33,725 nt of DNA from a virus (Duplodnaviria; Caudoviricetes): positions 1-33,725 of IMG/VR virus record IMGVR_UViG_3300046786_000355; one strand, written 5' to 3'. Under the pieces are notes generated by a model. It searched no databases. It saw only the letters and a program-made list of their open reading frames with translations, and was not told the DNA's origin. Each line of letters opens with the position of its first letter. Position 1 is the stretch's first letter. Positions 33,712 to 33,725 of this stretch are shown here, piece by piece. Both the position numbers and the translations under genes were made by a program.

Positions 33712-33725
33712 GATTACCCCTCCTT
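33544..33725. repeat. Terminal direct repeat, right copy
   Basis: 179/182 identical to 1-182, so the unit genome is about 33,543 bp. Confidence 0.95.

Noticed and set aside
1-33725. Stop-codon reassignment, tRNA genes, integrase/att site
   Set aside because: Genes are full-length in the standard code and end in TAA, TGA and TAG; no cloverleaf or recombinase motifs recognised by eye.

Overview
The window looks like a complete, circularly closing tailed-phage genome of about 33,543 bp. Bases 1-182 recur at 33544-33725 with three synonymous differences. The layout is siphovirus-like: tail tube, frameshifted tail chaperone and 681-aa tape measure, with no sheath gene. Almost all genes are on the minus strand. 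The early/replication block (20371->14702) has an O-like initiator with internal iterons, a loader-like partner, SSB, an AP2-domain protein, a RecE-like exonuclease, ERF, VRR-NUC and several micro-proteins. The late block runs ParB-like, TerS, TerL, portal, two virion-morphogenesis paralogues, scaffold, capsid, a ~5 kb fibre/adhesin cluster, adaptor, tail terminator, then across the junction tail tube, chaperone, TMP, distal tail, two fibres, lysis cassette and tail-tip hub. I recognise no integrase, repressor, polymerase, methyltransferase, tRNA or CRISPR array. A spanin-like lipoprotein points to a diderm host. The most unusual elements are: (1) the only plus-strand operon, encoding a metallophosphoesterase, a minimal HExxH metallopeptidase and a signal-peptide-bearing CxxxC...CxC defensin-like (CS-alpha-beta) peptide; (2) a tail fibre with AT-rich domains joined by short GC-rich linkers; (3) about 4-fold GATC enrichment that disappears in the receptor-binding modules; (4) a fibre cluster next to the capsid gene; (5) several structured intergenic elements and a duplicated promoter motif. 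Functional calls come from motif recognition and gene order only; no database search was run.
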